This document shows, one piece after another, positions 1-9,700 of a stretch of DNA of 64,000 nucleotides. This DNA comes from an uncultured Planctomycetaceae bacterium. GTDB taxonomy: Bacteria > Planctomycetota > Planctomycetia > Planctomycetales > Planctomycetaceae. Every line of letters starts with the position of its first letter. Position 1 is the first letter of the stretch. The position numbers and the translations under genes are program-made. The notes beneath the pieces are model-generated. The model saw nothing but the letters and a program-made list of their open reading frames with translations. It had not been told where the DNA came from and made no database searches. The DNA lies in the NCBI GenBank assembly GCA_963815195.1, contig CAWFGE010000012.1:672001-736000 (forward strand), read 5' to 3'.

Positions 1-1671
1 GGAACGGCGGCGGCGGCGAGCCTGGGGGGTGCCGCGTGGAGTGCGGAACAACGTCAATCCCGCAAAGCCCTCGGCCGGGAACTTGCGGCGGATGTGGTGA
101 TCGTCGGCGGCAGCCTGGGCGGATGTGCGGCGGCGATCGCGGCCCTCCGGAACGGGCTTAAAGTCGTGATGACCGAGGAAACCGATTGGATCGGCGGGCA
201 GCTCACCTCCCAAGCCGTGCCCCCGGACGAGCATGCGTCGATCGAGACCCGCGGGGCGAACCGCGCTTACCGCGAACTCAGAACCCGCATCCGGGAGTAT
301 TACCGCCGGAATTATCCGCTCACCGCAGCCGCCCGCGGGAAACCGAACCTCAACCCGGGCAACGGCAGCGTCTCGCGATTATGTCACGAACCCCGCGTCG
401 CGCTGGCCGTGCTCCGCGATTGGCTGGCCCCGTATCAGAGCGGCGGCCAATTGGCGCTGCTCGCCGAACACGTCCCCGTCGCCGCCGACGTGGAGCACGA
501 CCGCATCCGGGCGGTCCGCGTGCGGTCTTTGCGTTCGGGGCGGGACATTGTTTTGCAGGCTCCCTATTATCTGGATGCGACCGAATTGGGCGATTTGCTG
601 CCTTTGGCGAAGGCCGAGTTCGCCGTCGGTTCCGAAGCGAAATCCGAGACGAACGAACTCCACGCCGGGGAATCGGCCGACCCGGACAATCAGCAAGCCT
701 TCACGATGTGCTTTCCCGCGGAATATGTCGCCGGCCGCGATAGCGCGATCGAGAAACCGAAGGATTACGATTTCTGGCGGAACTTCGTGCCCAAGCTCGC
801 GCCGCCTTGGCCGGGGAAGCTCTTGGATTTGACCTACACGCATCCCCGCTCCGGGAAGCCGAAGACGTTGGGCTTCGATCCCACCGGCCGCGCGACCGCG
901 GGCACGCTCAACCTCTGGCTCTACCGCCGGATCGCCGACCCCAAGAATTTCGAGCCGGGCACCTATCCCGGCGGCATCAGCCTCGTCAACTGGCCGCAGA
1001 ACGATTACGTGCTCGGCAACTTGATCGGCGTCACCGCGGAGGAAAAACAAAAGCACATCGACCAGGCCAAGCAGTTGAGCTTATCGCTTTTGTATTGGCT
1101 GCAAACCGAAGTGCCCCGGCCGGATGGAGGCCAGGGTTTTCCGGGGCTGAGACTTCGCGGCGATCTGGTGGGGACAGACGACGGCCTCGCCAAGTATCCC
1201 TACGTCCGCGAATCCCGCCGCCTCCGGGCGGTGTTCACGGTGCGGGAAGAACATGTCGGTGCCCAGCAGCGGTCCACGGTCACCGGCAAGTCGGGGAGAG
1301 ACCTCACCGCGGCCCCGTTTGCCGATTCCGTCGGCGTCGGTTATTACAATATCGATCTCCACCCCTCGAGCGGCGGCGACAACTATATCGACTTCTCCGC
1401 ACTCCCCTTTCAGATTCCCTTGGGGGCTTTGCTGCCACGACGGCTCACCAATCTGCTGCCGGCCTCCAAGAACATCGGCACGACGCACATCACGGGCGGC
1501 TGTTACCGGCTGCATCCCGTGGAGTGGGGCATCGGCGAAGCCGCGGGCTGCCTCGTGCAATTCGCTTTGAATCGAAACCTCACCCCCCACGCGGTCCGCG
1601 AATCCGCGAAACACCTCGCCGATTTTCAAAAACACCTGCAAGCACAAGGCGTGGAGTTGGCTTGGACGTGA
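1..1671 (+). CDS. FAD-dependent oxidoreductase, 5' end outside the window
   Basis: Frame is open from base 1 (GTAAAASLGGAAWSAEQ...). Rossmann motif DVVIVGGSLGGCAAAIAA, plus WIGGQLTSQ, DATELGDL, YVRESRR and C-terminal YRLHPVEWGIGEAAG. Confidence 0.85.
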   Translation, partial: GTAAAASLGGAAWSAEQRQSRKALGRELAADVVIVGGSLGGCAAAIAALRNGLKVVMTEETDWIGGQLTSQAVPPDEHASIETRGANRAYRELRTRIREYYRRNYPLTAAARGKPNLNPGNGSVSRLCHEPRVALAVLRDWLAPYQSGGQLALLAEHVPVAADVEHDRIRAVRVRSLRSGRDIVLQAPYYLDATELGDLLPLAKAEFAVGSEAKSETNELHAGESADPDNQQAFTMCFPAEYVAGRDSAIEKPKDYDFWRNFVPKLAPPWPGKLLDLTYTHPRSGKPKTLGFDPTGRATAGTLNLWLYRRIADPKNFEPGTYPGGISLVNWPQNDYVLGNLIGVTAEEKQKHIDQAKQLSLSLLYWLQTEVPRPDGGQGFPGLRLRGDLVGTDDGLAKYPYVRESRRLRAVFTVREEHVGAQQRSTVTGKSGRDLTAAPFADSVGVGYYNIDLHPSSGGDNYIDFSALPFQIPLGALLPRRLTNLLPASKNIGTTHITGGCYRLHPVEWGIGEAAGCLVQFALNRNLTPHAVRESAKHLADFQKHLQAQGVELAWT

Positions 1672-1680
1672 TGCAACGCA

Positions 1681-2232
1681 TCATGGGGCTGATGCCCCGC
1701 GCTCGCCGTCTTCGGAACACCAGTCCTTAAACAGCAAGCTCGGCTGGATGCCCTGGTTGTTCTGGTACTTGTTGCTCTGGTATTCGGTGTAGTCGCCTTG
1801 GATCGTGTGATAGAAAATCTGGCAGATCTCGACGCCGGGGTAGATGCGGATCGGTTGGACGGCGAACATTTCCAGGGTCCAATATCCGCAAAAGCCGACG
1901 TCGCCGAAGCCCGCGGTGATGTGCACGAACAATCCCAATCGGCCGATCGACGATCGCCCTTCGAGCATGGGCACGAAGCCGCGGGTTTCGGTGCGTTCGA
2001 GCGTCCGCCCCAAATGCAATCGGCCGGGCGAGATGACGTAACCCTCCTCGGGAATTATGATCGTCTCGCAAGCATTGGGCCTTCGCATGTCGAGCACCTC
2101 TTCGGTGTAAACGAGCAGCTCATTGTGCAGGCGGAGGTTGTAGCTGTTGGGATTGAGCTGCGATTCCTGGAAGGGATCGATAACAATCTCCGTCCCCAAC
2201 CGCGTGTGGATCTCTTTGCCGCTGAGAATCAT
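1681..2232 (-). CDS. dcd: dCTP deaminase
   Basis: MILSGKEI start, LNPNSYNLRL, EGRSSIGRLGLFVHITAGFGDVGF and terminal KYQNNQGIQPS. Confidence 0.93.
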   Translation of the reverse strand: MILSGKEIHTRLGTEIVIDPFQESQLNPNSYNLRLHNELLVYTEEVLDMRRPNACETIIIPEEGYVISPGRLHLGRTLERTETRGFVPMLEGRSSIGRLGLFVHITAGFGDVGFCGYWTLEMFAVQPIRIYPGVEICQIFYHTIQGDYTEYQSNKYQNNQGIQPSLLFKDWCSEDGERGASAP

Positions 2233-2288
2233 CTCTTGCGCTCACTTTCACTGGGAACGAGGGCTTCCTGTCCAATGAAAATCCATTT

Positions 2289-2399
2289 GGATCGCGAAGA
2301 ATATAACTTCAGCATTTGGGATCAACAGGCGAGCGGGGGGCGTAAGCCCCCTGGTTTTGTTAAATGGTTCAAAAACTGAAGTTGTTTTCTTGGCGGTCC
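2289..2399. mobile_element. MITE-like element (family A, copy 1) with 24-bp TIRs enclosing a REP-like palindrome
   Basis: GGATCGCGAAGAATATAACTTCAG (2289-2312) matches the reverse complement of 2376-2399 at 20/24. The core GCGAGCGGGGGGCGTAAGCCCCCTGG recurs inverted at 18244-18352. Confidence 0.6.
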
Positions 2400-2410
2400 T
2401 TTGCAAAGTG

Positions 2411-2622
2411 ACTGAGGTTAGAGGTTAGGACCAATTGAGAAATAACTGTTTTGATTTCAATCCCAACGACTTGATCGGTGGACTTTTCGGTTCCTACTTC
2501 AAATGTGCATGAATGGTGGCGGTTGTATGGAAACCGGACATTAATTCCTCGATCGGTCGTTAGAGGATATAATCTGCTTCCCCTCCAACCGCCATCCGCC
2601 AACCTCCAACCTCCAACCTCAG
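2411..2622. repeat. Inverted heptamer arrays (GAGGTTA / CAACCTC) flanking an AT-rich spacer
   Basis: CTGAGGTTAGAGGTTAG at ~2412-2428 and CCAACCGCCATCCGCCAACCTCCAACCTCCAACCTCAG at ~2585-2622. Confidence 0.55.
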
Positions 2623-2630
2623 CAACATAC

Positions 2631-3374
2631 CTAACCGGTGCTCTTCTTGCGTATGGTTTGCTTTTCAGAGGAATCCTCCAACGGCGGCAAACCGATGCGG
2701 CGGCAATCTTTGAGGAGGGTGCATTCGTGGCAGCGGGGCCGGCGGGCGATGCAGATTTTGCGGCCGTGGTGGATTACGCGGTGCGAATACTCGATCCAGC
2801 TTTTCCGGGGCAGGATTTCCTGGAGTTCGCGCTCGATGATCTCTGGGTTTTTGCTGTCGGTGAGGCCGAACAGATAGCTGATGCGTTTGACGTGCGTGTC
2901 CACCACGACGCCGCTGGGAACGCCGAACCACGTGCCGAGGACGACGTTCGCCGTCTTGCGGCCCACGCCCGGCAGCGAGACCAGGTCCTCCATGTTGTCC
3001 GGCACTTCGCCGTCGAACCGCTCCGTCAAGCCTTCCGCCATGCCGCGAATGTTCGCCGCCTTCGCCCGGAAAAAACCCAAAGGCTTGACGATCGGTTCCA
3101 CCTCGCTTTGCCCGGCTTTCGCCAAATCTTCCGGCGTGGGGAACTGGCGGAACAGCTCCGGTGTCGCGGCGTTCACGCGCTCGTCGGTGCATTGGGCCGA
3201 GAGAATCACCGCCGTCAAAAGCTGGTAGGCCGACTCGTGCTGCAGAGCGCACGGTGCTTCCGGATAGGCCTTCTCCAGCCCGCGCAACAGCCGGCGGGCC
3301 CGCTTCTTCTTGTCTTCGAGCGATTCCGGTTCCCAGTCCACGGCGGCTTCGGCGGTTTTTTTCTTCTTGGCCAC
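2631..3374 (-). CDS. nth: Endonuclease III
   Basis: [17 protein letters not shown], helix-hairpin-helix [20 protein letters not shown] and the FeS motif [17 protein letters not shown]. Confidence 0.96.
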   Translation of the reverse strand: MAKKKKTAEAAVDWEPESLEDKKKRARRLLRGLEKAYPEAPCALQHESAYQLLTAVILSAQCTDERVNAATPELFRQFPTPEDLAKAGQSEVEPIVKPLGFFRAKAANIRGMAEGLTERFDGEVPDNMEDLVSLPGVGRKTANVVLGTWFGVPSGVVVDTHVKRISYLFGLTDSKNPEIIERELQEILPRKSWIEYSHRVIHHGRKICIARRPRCHECTLLKDCRRIGLPPLEDSSEKQTIRKKSTG

Positions 3375-3662
3375 GACGTTTCAGGCTTTCGGAAAGACAA
3401 AGGATCGGGCAAGCGGTGACAAAACGCAACACAATGGGCGGATGCTTCGTTTTCATTCATCCGGCACCGGGGCGCTGTTCGAGTTTTTCCGGGCCGGCAA
3501 TTTTCTGGACACCCCACGGGCGAGGCTTTTAGAATCAGACGAAGGGCCGCCAGGCCGCGATGATGATAGGCGATTTCTAATGAAATCCCAATGACCAGCC
3601 CCAATGACCAAATCCGCACGCCAAACCGGGTGCTCTTTCACTCTGCGACTCGTTGACTTTCC

Positions 3663-4055
3663 ATGGAATACCCCGCCCTGTATCTCGAAGGCATCCGGCT
3701 GTTTAACGAGCGGGAGTTTTTTGCCTGCCACGATGTCTTGGAGGAGCTGTGGACCGACACGCTCGGACCGGAGCGGGCGTTTTATCAAGGCTTGATTCAC
3801 GCGGCGGTGTCGCTGTTTCACTTCGAGGAAGGAAATCTGGGCGGGGCGCGGAAGATGTATGACTCCACCAACCGCTATCTGTCGCCTTTTGCACCGGTCT
3901 ATCTGGGTCTCGATCTGGAAGCGTTTTTGAGAGATTACCAAACCTGTTTTAGGCCCCTGTTGGATGCGGGTTCCTCGTGGCCGGCCGGGGTCGTGCTGGA
4001 TCCGGACGCCGTCCCCAATCTTCGCTGGAAAGCCGACGCCGAACATGATGTCTGA
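3663..4055 (+). CDS. DUF309 family protein
   Basis: GIRLFNEREFFACHDVLEELW and YQGLIHAAVSLFHFEEGNLGGA are DUF309-type motifs. Confidence 0.85.
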   Translation: MEYPALYLEGIRLFNEREFFACHDVLEELWTDTLGPERAFYQGLIHAAVSLFHFEEGNLGGARKMYDSTNRYLSPFAPVYLGLDLEAFLRDYQTCFRPLLDAGSSWPAGVVLDPDAVPNLRWKADAEHDV

Positions 4056-4743
4056 GAATTTCGACCTGAGGGCGGAGCTTGCCGAGTTTTCGGGTTCCGC
4101 CGCGCTGTTCCCTTTGCCGAACGCGGTGTTCTTTCCGCGGACGTTGTTTCCTTTGCACATTTTCGAGCCGCGGTATCGCCGAATGACGGCGGATGCGTTG
4201 GAAGAGAACCGCTTGATCGCGATGGCGCTATTAAGGCCGGGCTGGGAAATGCTCCCGGACGGCCAGGTGCCGCCGATTTATGAAACGGTCTGCTTGAGCA
4301 AGATCGCGGCGGAGGAAAAACTGCCCGACGGCGGGTACTATTTGGTGATGCAGGGTCTTTGCCGCGCGCGCATTGTCGCGGAGACTGAGGGGGACTTGCC
4401 CTACCGCATCGGGGAACTGGAGCTTTGCCCCGACGAGGAAATCTCCGCCGGCCCCGAAGAGCAAATCCTGCGGGAGGAACTGCTGCGCAGCCTGCAAAGC
4501 CTGCAACCGGGGTTGGCGGTGAGTTCAATGTTTGCGCCTGCGCTCGACGCCGAATTGCCCTTGGGCGCGTTTTGCGACGTGCTGGCCCATGCCCTCCGCT
4601 TGCCGCCCGGAGACTGCCAGAGCATTCTCGAAGAGCAAAACATCTCCCGCCGCGGCCGACTGGTTTTGAAGGCCATCCGCGCGGCCGCCCGGCAGCGAGA
4701 AATCGTTCCCGCACACTTCCCGCCCAAATTCAGCCGGAATTAG
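4045..4743 (+). CDS. LON peptidase substrate-binding domain protein
   Basis: LFPLPNAVFFPRTLFPLHIFEPRYRRM motif. The ATG overlaps the end of the DUF309 gene. Confidence 0.88.
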   Translation: MMSENFDLRAELAEFSGSAALFPLPNAVFFPRTLFPLHIFEPRYRRMTADALEENRLIAMALLRPGWEMLPDGQVPPIYETVCLSKIAAEEKLPDGGYYLVMQGLCRARIVAETEGDLPYRIGELELCPDEEISAGPEEQILREELLRSLQSLQPGLAVSSMFAPALDAELPLGAFCDVLAHALRLPPGDCQSILEEQNISRRGRLVLKAIRAAARQREIVPAHFPPKFSRN

Positions 4744-5168
4744 CAACCCCATGGGATACGCTTCCCATGACTCATGTGGTAAAAAGGGATTGCTCACTTT
4801 CTTCGCCAATCCGCGGGCGTTCCCCCGTTCCAATCCCGAAAGAACCTCATTATGCCAAACCGTCCGTCCGGGTCGGGAGTTCTTTTGGTTCTTCCGGCGA
4901 ATGAGGGGGGGGCAACTGCGACGGTGTTAAAGAATATCTTGTGTGCTCTTTCACCTCCCCTTGGGGAGGTGAAATCCATCATTCATTGATTGATCATCAC
5001 ACAAAAAGATCATCCACGCCGTTCTTCTACTGGTCGTTTTGGGGTTACTGCCTTGTTCTTTTCTTTTTCAATCCCGCGGCGGGGATTCGGAAACTCGCGA
5101 TGAGCCGGTTTGCCGGTGCAACCGGCAAGCAAGAACGCCGCTGAAATTGCCCGAGGAAAAATCGACCC

Positions 5169-5900
5169 GTGGATGCCTTCAAACCCTTGGCTGAGAAAAT
5201 CGCGCTCGTCACCGGCGGGACCGGGGGCATCGGCGGCGCGATTGCGATCGCCCTTGCGGACGCCGGTTGCGAAGTCGCCGCCACCGGCTGCACCCAGGCG
5301 GAAACCGACCGCTTCGATTCCCAAGGCCGAGCCATCACCCGCCGAGTGCTCGATGTGACCGACTCCGCTCAAATCGCGAAGCTCGTCGCGGAGTTTTCGC
5401 GGTTGGACGTTCTGGTGAACGCGGCCGGGATCCTCTTGCGGGACGACCGCGAGCATCGGCCCGAGGACTTCGCCCGCGTCGTGGATGTCAATCTCACCGG
5501 CACGATGCGGATGTGTGCCGGGTGTCGCGATTTGCTCGCCAAGGGAGGCGGAGCGATTTTGAATCTGGCTTCGATGCTCAGCTACTTCGGCAGCGGGTTT
5601 GTGCCCGCCTACAGTGCCAGCAAAGGCGGCATCGTGCAGCTCACAAAATCCTTGGCGATCGCCTGGGCGAAAGACGGCATTCGCGTGAACGCCATCGCCC
5701 CCGGCTGGATCGAAACCCCGCTCACCCAGGCTCTGCGGGACAATCCCCAGCGGAGCGAGGAAATCTTGAACCGCACCCCGCTGGGCCGCTGGGGCCGGCC
5801 GGACGATCTCGCGGGAGCCGCGGTGTTTTTGTGCTCCCCCGCCGCCAATTTCATCACGGGCGCGACGCTGCCCGTGGACGGCGGCTATTCCATTGCCTGA
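5169..5900 (+). CDS. Short-chain dehydrogenase/reductase (SDR)
   Basis: TGGTGGIG, LVNAAG, YSASK catalytic motif, VNAIAPG and terminal VDGGY. Confidence 0.93.
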   Translation: MDAFKPLAEKIALVTGGTGGIGGAIAIALADAGCEVAATGCTQAETDRFDSQGRAITRRVLDVTDSAQIAKLVAEFSRLDVLVNAAGILLRDDREHRPEDFARVVDVNLTGTMRMCAGCRDLLAKGGGAILNLASMLSYFGSGFVPAYSASKGGIVQLTKSLAIAWAKDGIRVNAIAPGWIETPLTQALRDNPQRSEEILNRTPLGRWGRPDDLAGAAVFLCSPAANFITGATLPVDGGYSIA

Positions 5901-6224
5901 TCAGCCGGCGGGCGTTAGCGAAACGACGTCGAACTTGGTGTTCAATTTCGTGACCTCGAGCACCGTGAGCACATCTTCGGACGGGTTGGCGATGCGAACG
6001 GGAATCCCGCGCTGCCGAATCGTCAGCAACAGGCCCAGCATGGTGCTGGGGATAATCGCGACCCCTTCCAGATCGAAGGTGAACGCTTCGCAGGGATTGT
6101 TCTCCAGATACGTTTCGAGATAGCACCGGCAGTGTTCCACCAGGCTATCGTGGGGAAACTCCACGGAGCGAAACCGAGCCACGGCTTCGCTGCCGTTTTG
6201 CGTGACGTCAAATCGGTGGGACAT
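5901..6224 (-). CDS. STAS domain protein (anti-sigma factor antagonist-like)
   Basis: 107 aa with FDLEGVAIIPSTMLGLL and VLTVLEVTKLNTKF. Its stop codon directly abuts the SDR stop. Confidence 0.8.
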   Translation of the reverse strand: MSHRFDVTQNGSEAVARFRSVEFPHDSLVEHCRCYLETYLENNPCEAFTFDLEGVAIIPSTMLGLLLTIRQRGIPVRIANPSEDVLTVLEVTKLNTKFDVVSLTPAG

Positions 6225-6760
6225 GTGCGTTGGCCTCTTTCACAAGTCGGGCTGGGCAGGTTTTCCTTGAGTGTGCGATGGATTTCCAAGGTTAACCTAC
6301 GTCGCCGGGTCGGAAACACAAGCGGAAACTCCTTATTCCTGAACGGGATTCAACGAGAGAAAGCCCGGAGATGCGCTGAGCGATTACTCAGCCTTGTCTT
6401 TACAGATCGCAAAATCGAACCGATTTTCCCAAAAAATTGTCCGCTAATTCCCAGAAACGTCGTTTTGCCGGCATTTACCCGCCGCGAATCCCCCTCGGCC
6501 GCTGAACACAAAAGCCTCGGATGCGGGTACAAATTCTCAGGCACTCGGCACACTTTTGGCGACAAATCATCAGACTTCTCCAGATCCGAGTAAAATCCCT
6601 AGGTTTTTTCGATTGCACCGCCTAAAGACATTGACTTCCGTATCCTGTCCGTGTCTACTGCAAACTTTACGCTGGTTTCCTGGCTTCTCCAATTTCATCG
6701 CGTCTGCCGCGGCCCCGGCCGCTTTCTCAACCCGCCGCCCCCATAGCCCAGACTGAGATC

Positions 6761-9700
6761 ATGATTTTGAATTGGCTCGCTGCGTGGAAACGGACTGGAC
6801 ATCTTGTGACATCGAAACGGCGTCCGCGACAACGACGGGATGTAAACGTTTCGCGTCAAGTCGAACTTCTCGAGGACAGGCTGCTGCTATCGACATTTTA
6901 CGTCGATAATGCCGGCGATTTTCTCATCACCAACGATCAGGGGGCCGCGGGGCTGGACGCGGGCGACACCGTGACGTGGGATACCTCCGCCACGCATCCG
7001 GCCGGTCCCGTGTCCGACTTGATCTTCGGCAGCGGCGCCTTTTCGACGATTCAAGACGCCGCGGACGCCGCCGCCGCGAATGGAACGCGGCTCGGATACA
7101 ATCGACGTCGCCGCGGGCACATACGCCGAAAACGTCTCGATCAACACCAACGTGGACATCACCGGCACCGCGGGGGCGATCGCGGACGGCGGCGCCGCCG
7201 GCTCGGTGATCACCATCGCCACTGGTAGCACGGTCACACTCGATTCACTGACCATCCAAAACGGCAGTGCAACCAACGGCGGCGGGATCAATAACGCGGG
7301 CACGCTGACGCTGACCAACAGCGTGGTTCAAAACAACACGGCCGGCCAGGACGGAGGCGGGATCCATAACTCCGGCACGCTGACGATCGGGGCTGGTTCG
7401 ACGATCACATCAAACTCCGCCTCAAGAGACGGCGGCGGGATCGATTTCGTCGGCGGCACGCTCAACATGACCGAAACGACCATCGACGGCAACACCGCCA
7501 GCGGCGACTCCCAGACCAACGGTGGCGGCGGGATCTTCGTCGGCAGCCACTTGTCGCTTTCCCTCGATGATACCGTCAGCGTCACGAACAACGTCGTGGA
7601 CGGCACGAACGGCACAGGGGGCGGCATTTTGGTTGCTTCGTGCGCCTCGCTGAACTTGACCGGCGCGACGATCGCCGGCAACGCCGCCTCTGGCAACGGC
7701 GGCGGGATTTTCAATCACGGCACGTTGACCGTTGACGACTCGACGATCAGCGGCAACTCCGCCAGAACCGGCGGCGGCATCTTTAACTTTGGCACGGCCA
7801 CAATCCAAGGCGGTTCAACGATCACAGCCAACTCGGCTCACTTCAGCGGCGGCGGGATTTATGACATCAACACCACCACGCTCACCGTGGATGCCTCCAT
7901 CATCAGCAGCAACTCCGCCCAGGCTGGCGGCGGAATCTGGAACAGCGGCACGGCGACGATCGGAGGCGGATCGACGATCACCGGCAACTCTGCCACAAAC
8001 GACGGGGGCGGGATCGACAATAACGGCGGTGGCACGCTGACCGTGGATGCCTCCACCATCAGCAGCAACACCGCCAACTCTGGTGGCGGGATCTGGAATA
8101 GCGGCGGCAGCGCGGCCATGATTCAAGGCGGGTCGGTGATCTCCTCAAACTCCGCCACGCATGGGGGCGGCGGGATCCTCAATTTCGGATCCGACGACCT
8201 GACCGTGGACGGCTCTTACATTGTCTCGAACACCGCGGCCGACGGCGGCGGCATCAAAAACGAAAATGGGTTCGGAAACACAAATGGTGGCACGCTGACA
8301 ATCGAAGGCGGATCGACGATCAACGGCAACTCCGCCTCAAACGACGGCGGCGGGATCTACAATGACTCCATGGCCACGCTCGATGTGATCGGCTCCTCGG
8401 TCATTTCCAACAACACCGCCGGTGGCAATTCAGCTACCGACGGCGGCGGCGGGATCTACAATGACGGCGGCACGGTGACGGTCGAGGATTCCTCCACCAT
8501 CAACAATAACGCCGCGACCGGCACCAGCGGTTCGGGCGGCGGGATCTTCAACAACACCGGCGGCAGTCTGAACTTTGCCGACTCGACCCTGTCCGGCAAT
8601 TCCGCCACTACTGGCGGCGGCATCCTCAATAACGCGGATTTGACCTTTTCCGGCGCGAACACCACGCTCGACATCAATGATCCAGACACCATTTCCGGCG
8701 ACGGCAACCTGACCAGTTCCCCCACGGGCACCGTGAACTTCGCCACCGGAACCACCTCCACCTACACCGGCACGACGACCCTGACCTCCGGCACCACGCT
8801 CGTCAACGGCACGCTGGATAACGTCGGCGGCACCGTCACCGTCCACAGCGGAGCCAACTTGGGCGGAACCGGCACCATCGACCGGGCCGTCACCGTCGAG
8901 AACGGCGGCACCATTGCGCCCGGAATCAGCCCCGGGATTTTGAGCGTGGGCAACACCACCTTGATGGCGGGCGCGAACTTCAACGTGGAAGTCAATGGCA
9001 TCGCCACCGCTGGGACTGATTACGATCAACTCAACGTCACAGGCACCGTGGACATCACCGGGGCCGTGCTCAACACGTCCGGCACCGTCGCCGGGACGTT
9101 AGGCGGCGATGTCGTCATTATCAACAACGACGGCACCGACCCCATCCTCGGGCAATTCGCCGGCTTGGCAAACGGCGCCCCGGTGTCGATCAATGGCGAG
9201 ACACTTCATATTTCCTACAACGGCGGCGACGGCAACGATGTGGTTCTCGCCTCGCCCGTTTACGTCAACGATGACTTCACCGGGGCCGACGGCACGATGA
9301 TCGCCGACGCTGACCCCAACACGCCCGGCAATCAAGCCGCCGTCATCGGCACGAATGCGTTCAACACCATCCAAGAAGGCGTGGACGTGGTGGCTTCCGG
9401 CGGGAGCGTGCTGATTACCGACGACCTGGACACCGATGGCCCGGGGACCTACACCGAGAACGTCACGATCGATAAAGACGTGACGATTGGAGCCACCGAA
9501 GGCGACCCATCCGCCGTCATCGTAGACGGCAACGCCGCGGACAGCGTGTTCACGATTGCGAGTACCAGCAGCACTACGGTCACCTTCAATTTCCTGACCA
9601 TCCAAAATGGGATCGCGATCAACGGCGGCGGCATCAATAACGCGGGCACGCTGACGCTGACCAACAGCGTCGTTCAAAACAACTCGGCGACCAACGGCGC

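Noticed and set aside
2369..2602. 77-aa ORF between dcd and nth
   Set aside because: It starts inside a heptamer repeat, ends in a TIR, and has atypical composition with no motif.
4941..5144. Small hydrophobic type I toxin ORF
   Set aside because: The GTG start lies upstream of the SD-like hairpin, and the more hydrophobic frame (KKIIHAVLLLVVLG) has no start codon.
6225..6760. Riboswitch (e.g. c-di-GMP) upstream of the adhesin
   Set aside because: No recognisable aptamer consensus; only a weak TTGACT-N17-TCTACT promoter-like match at 6631.
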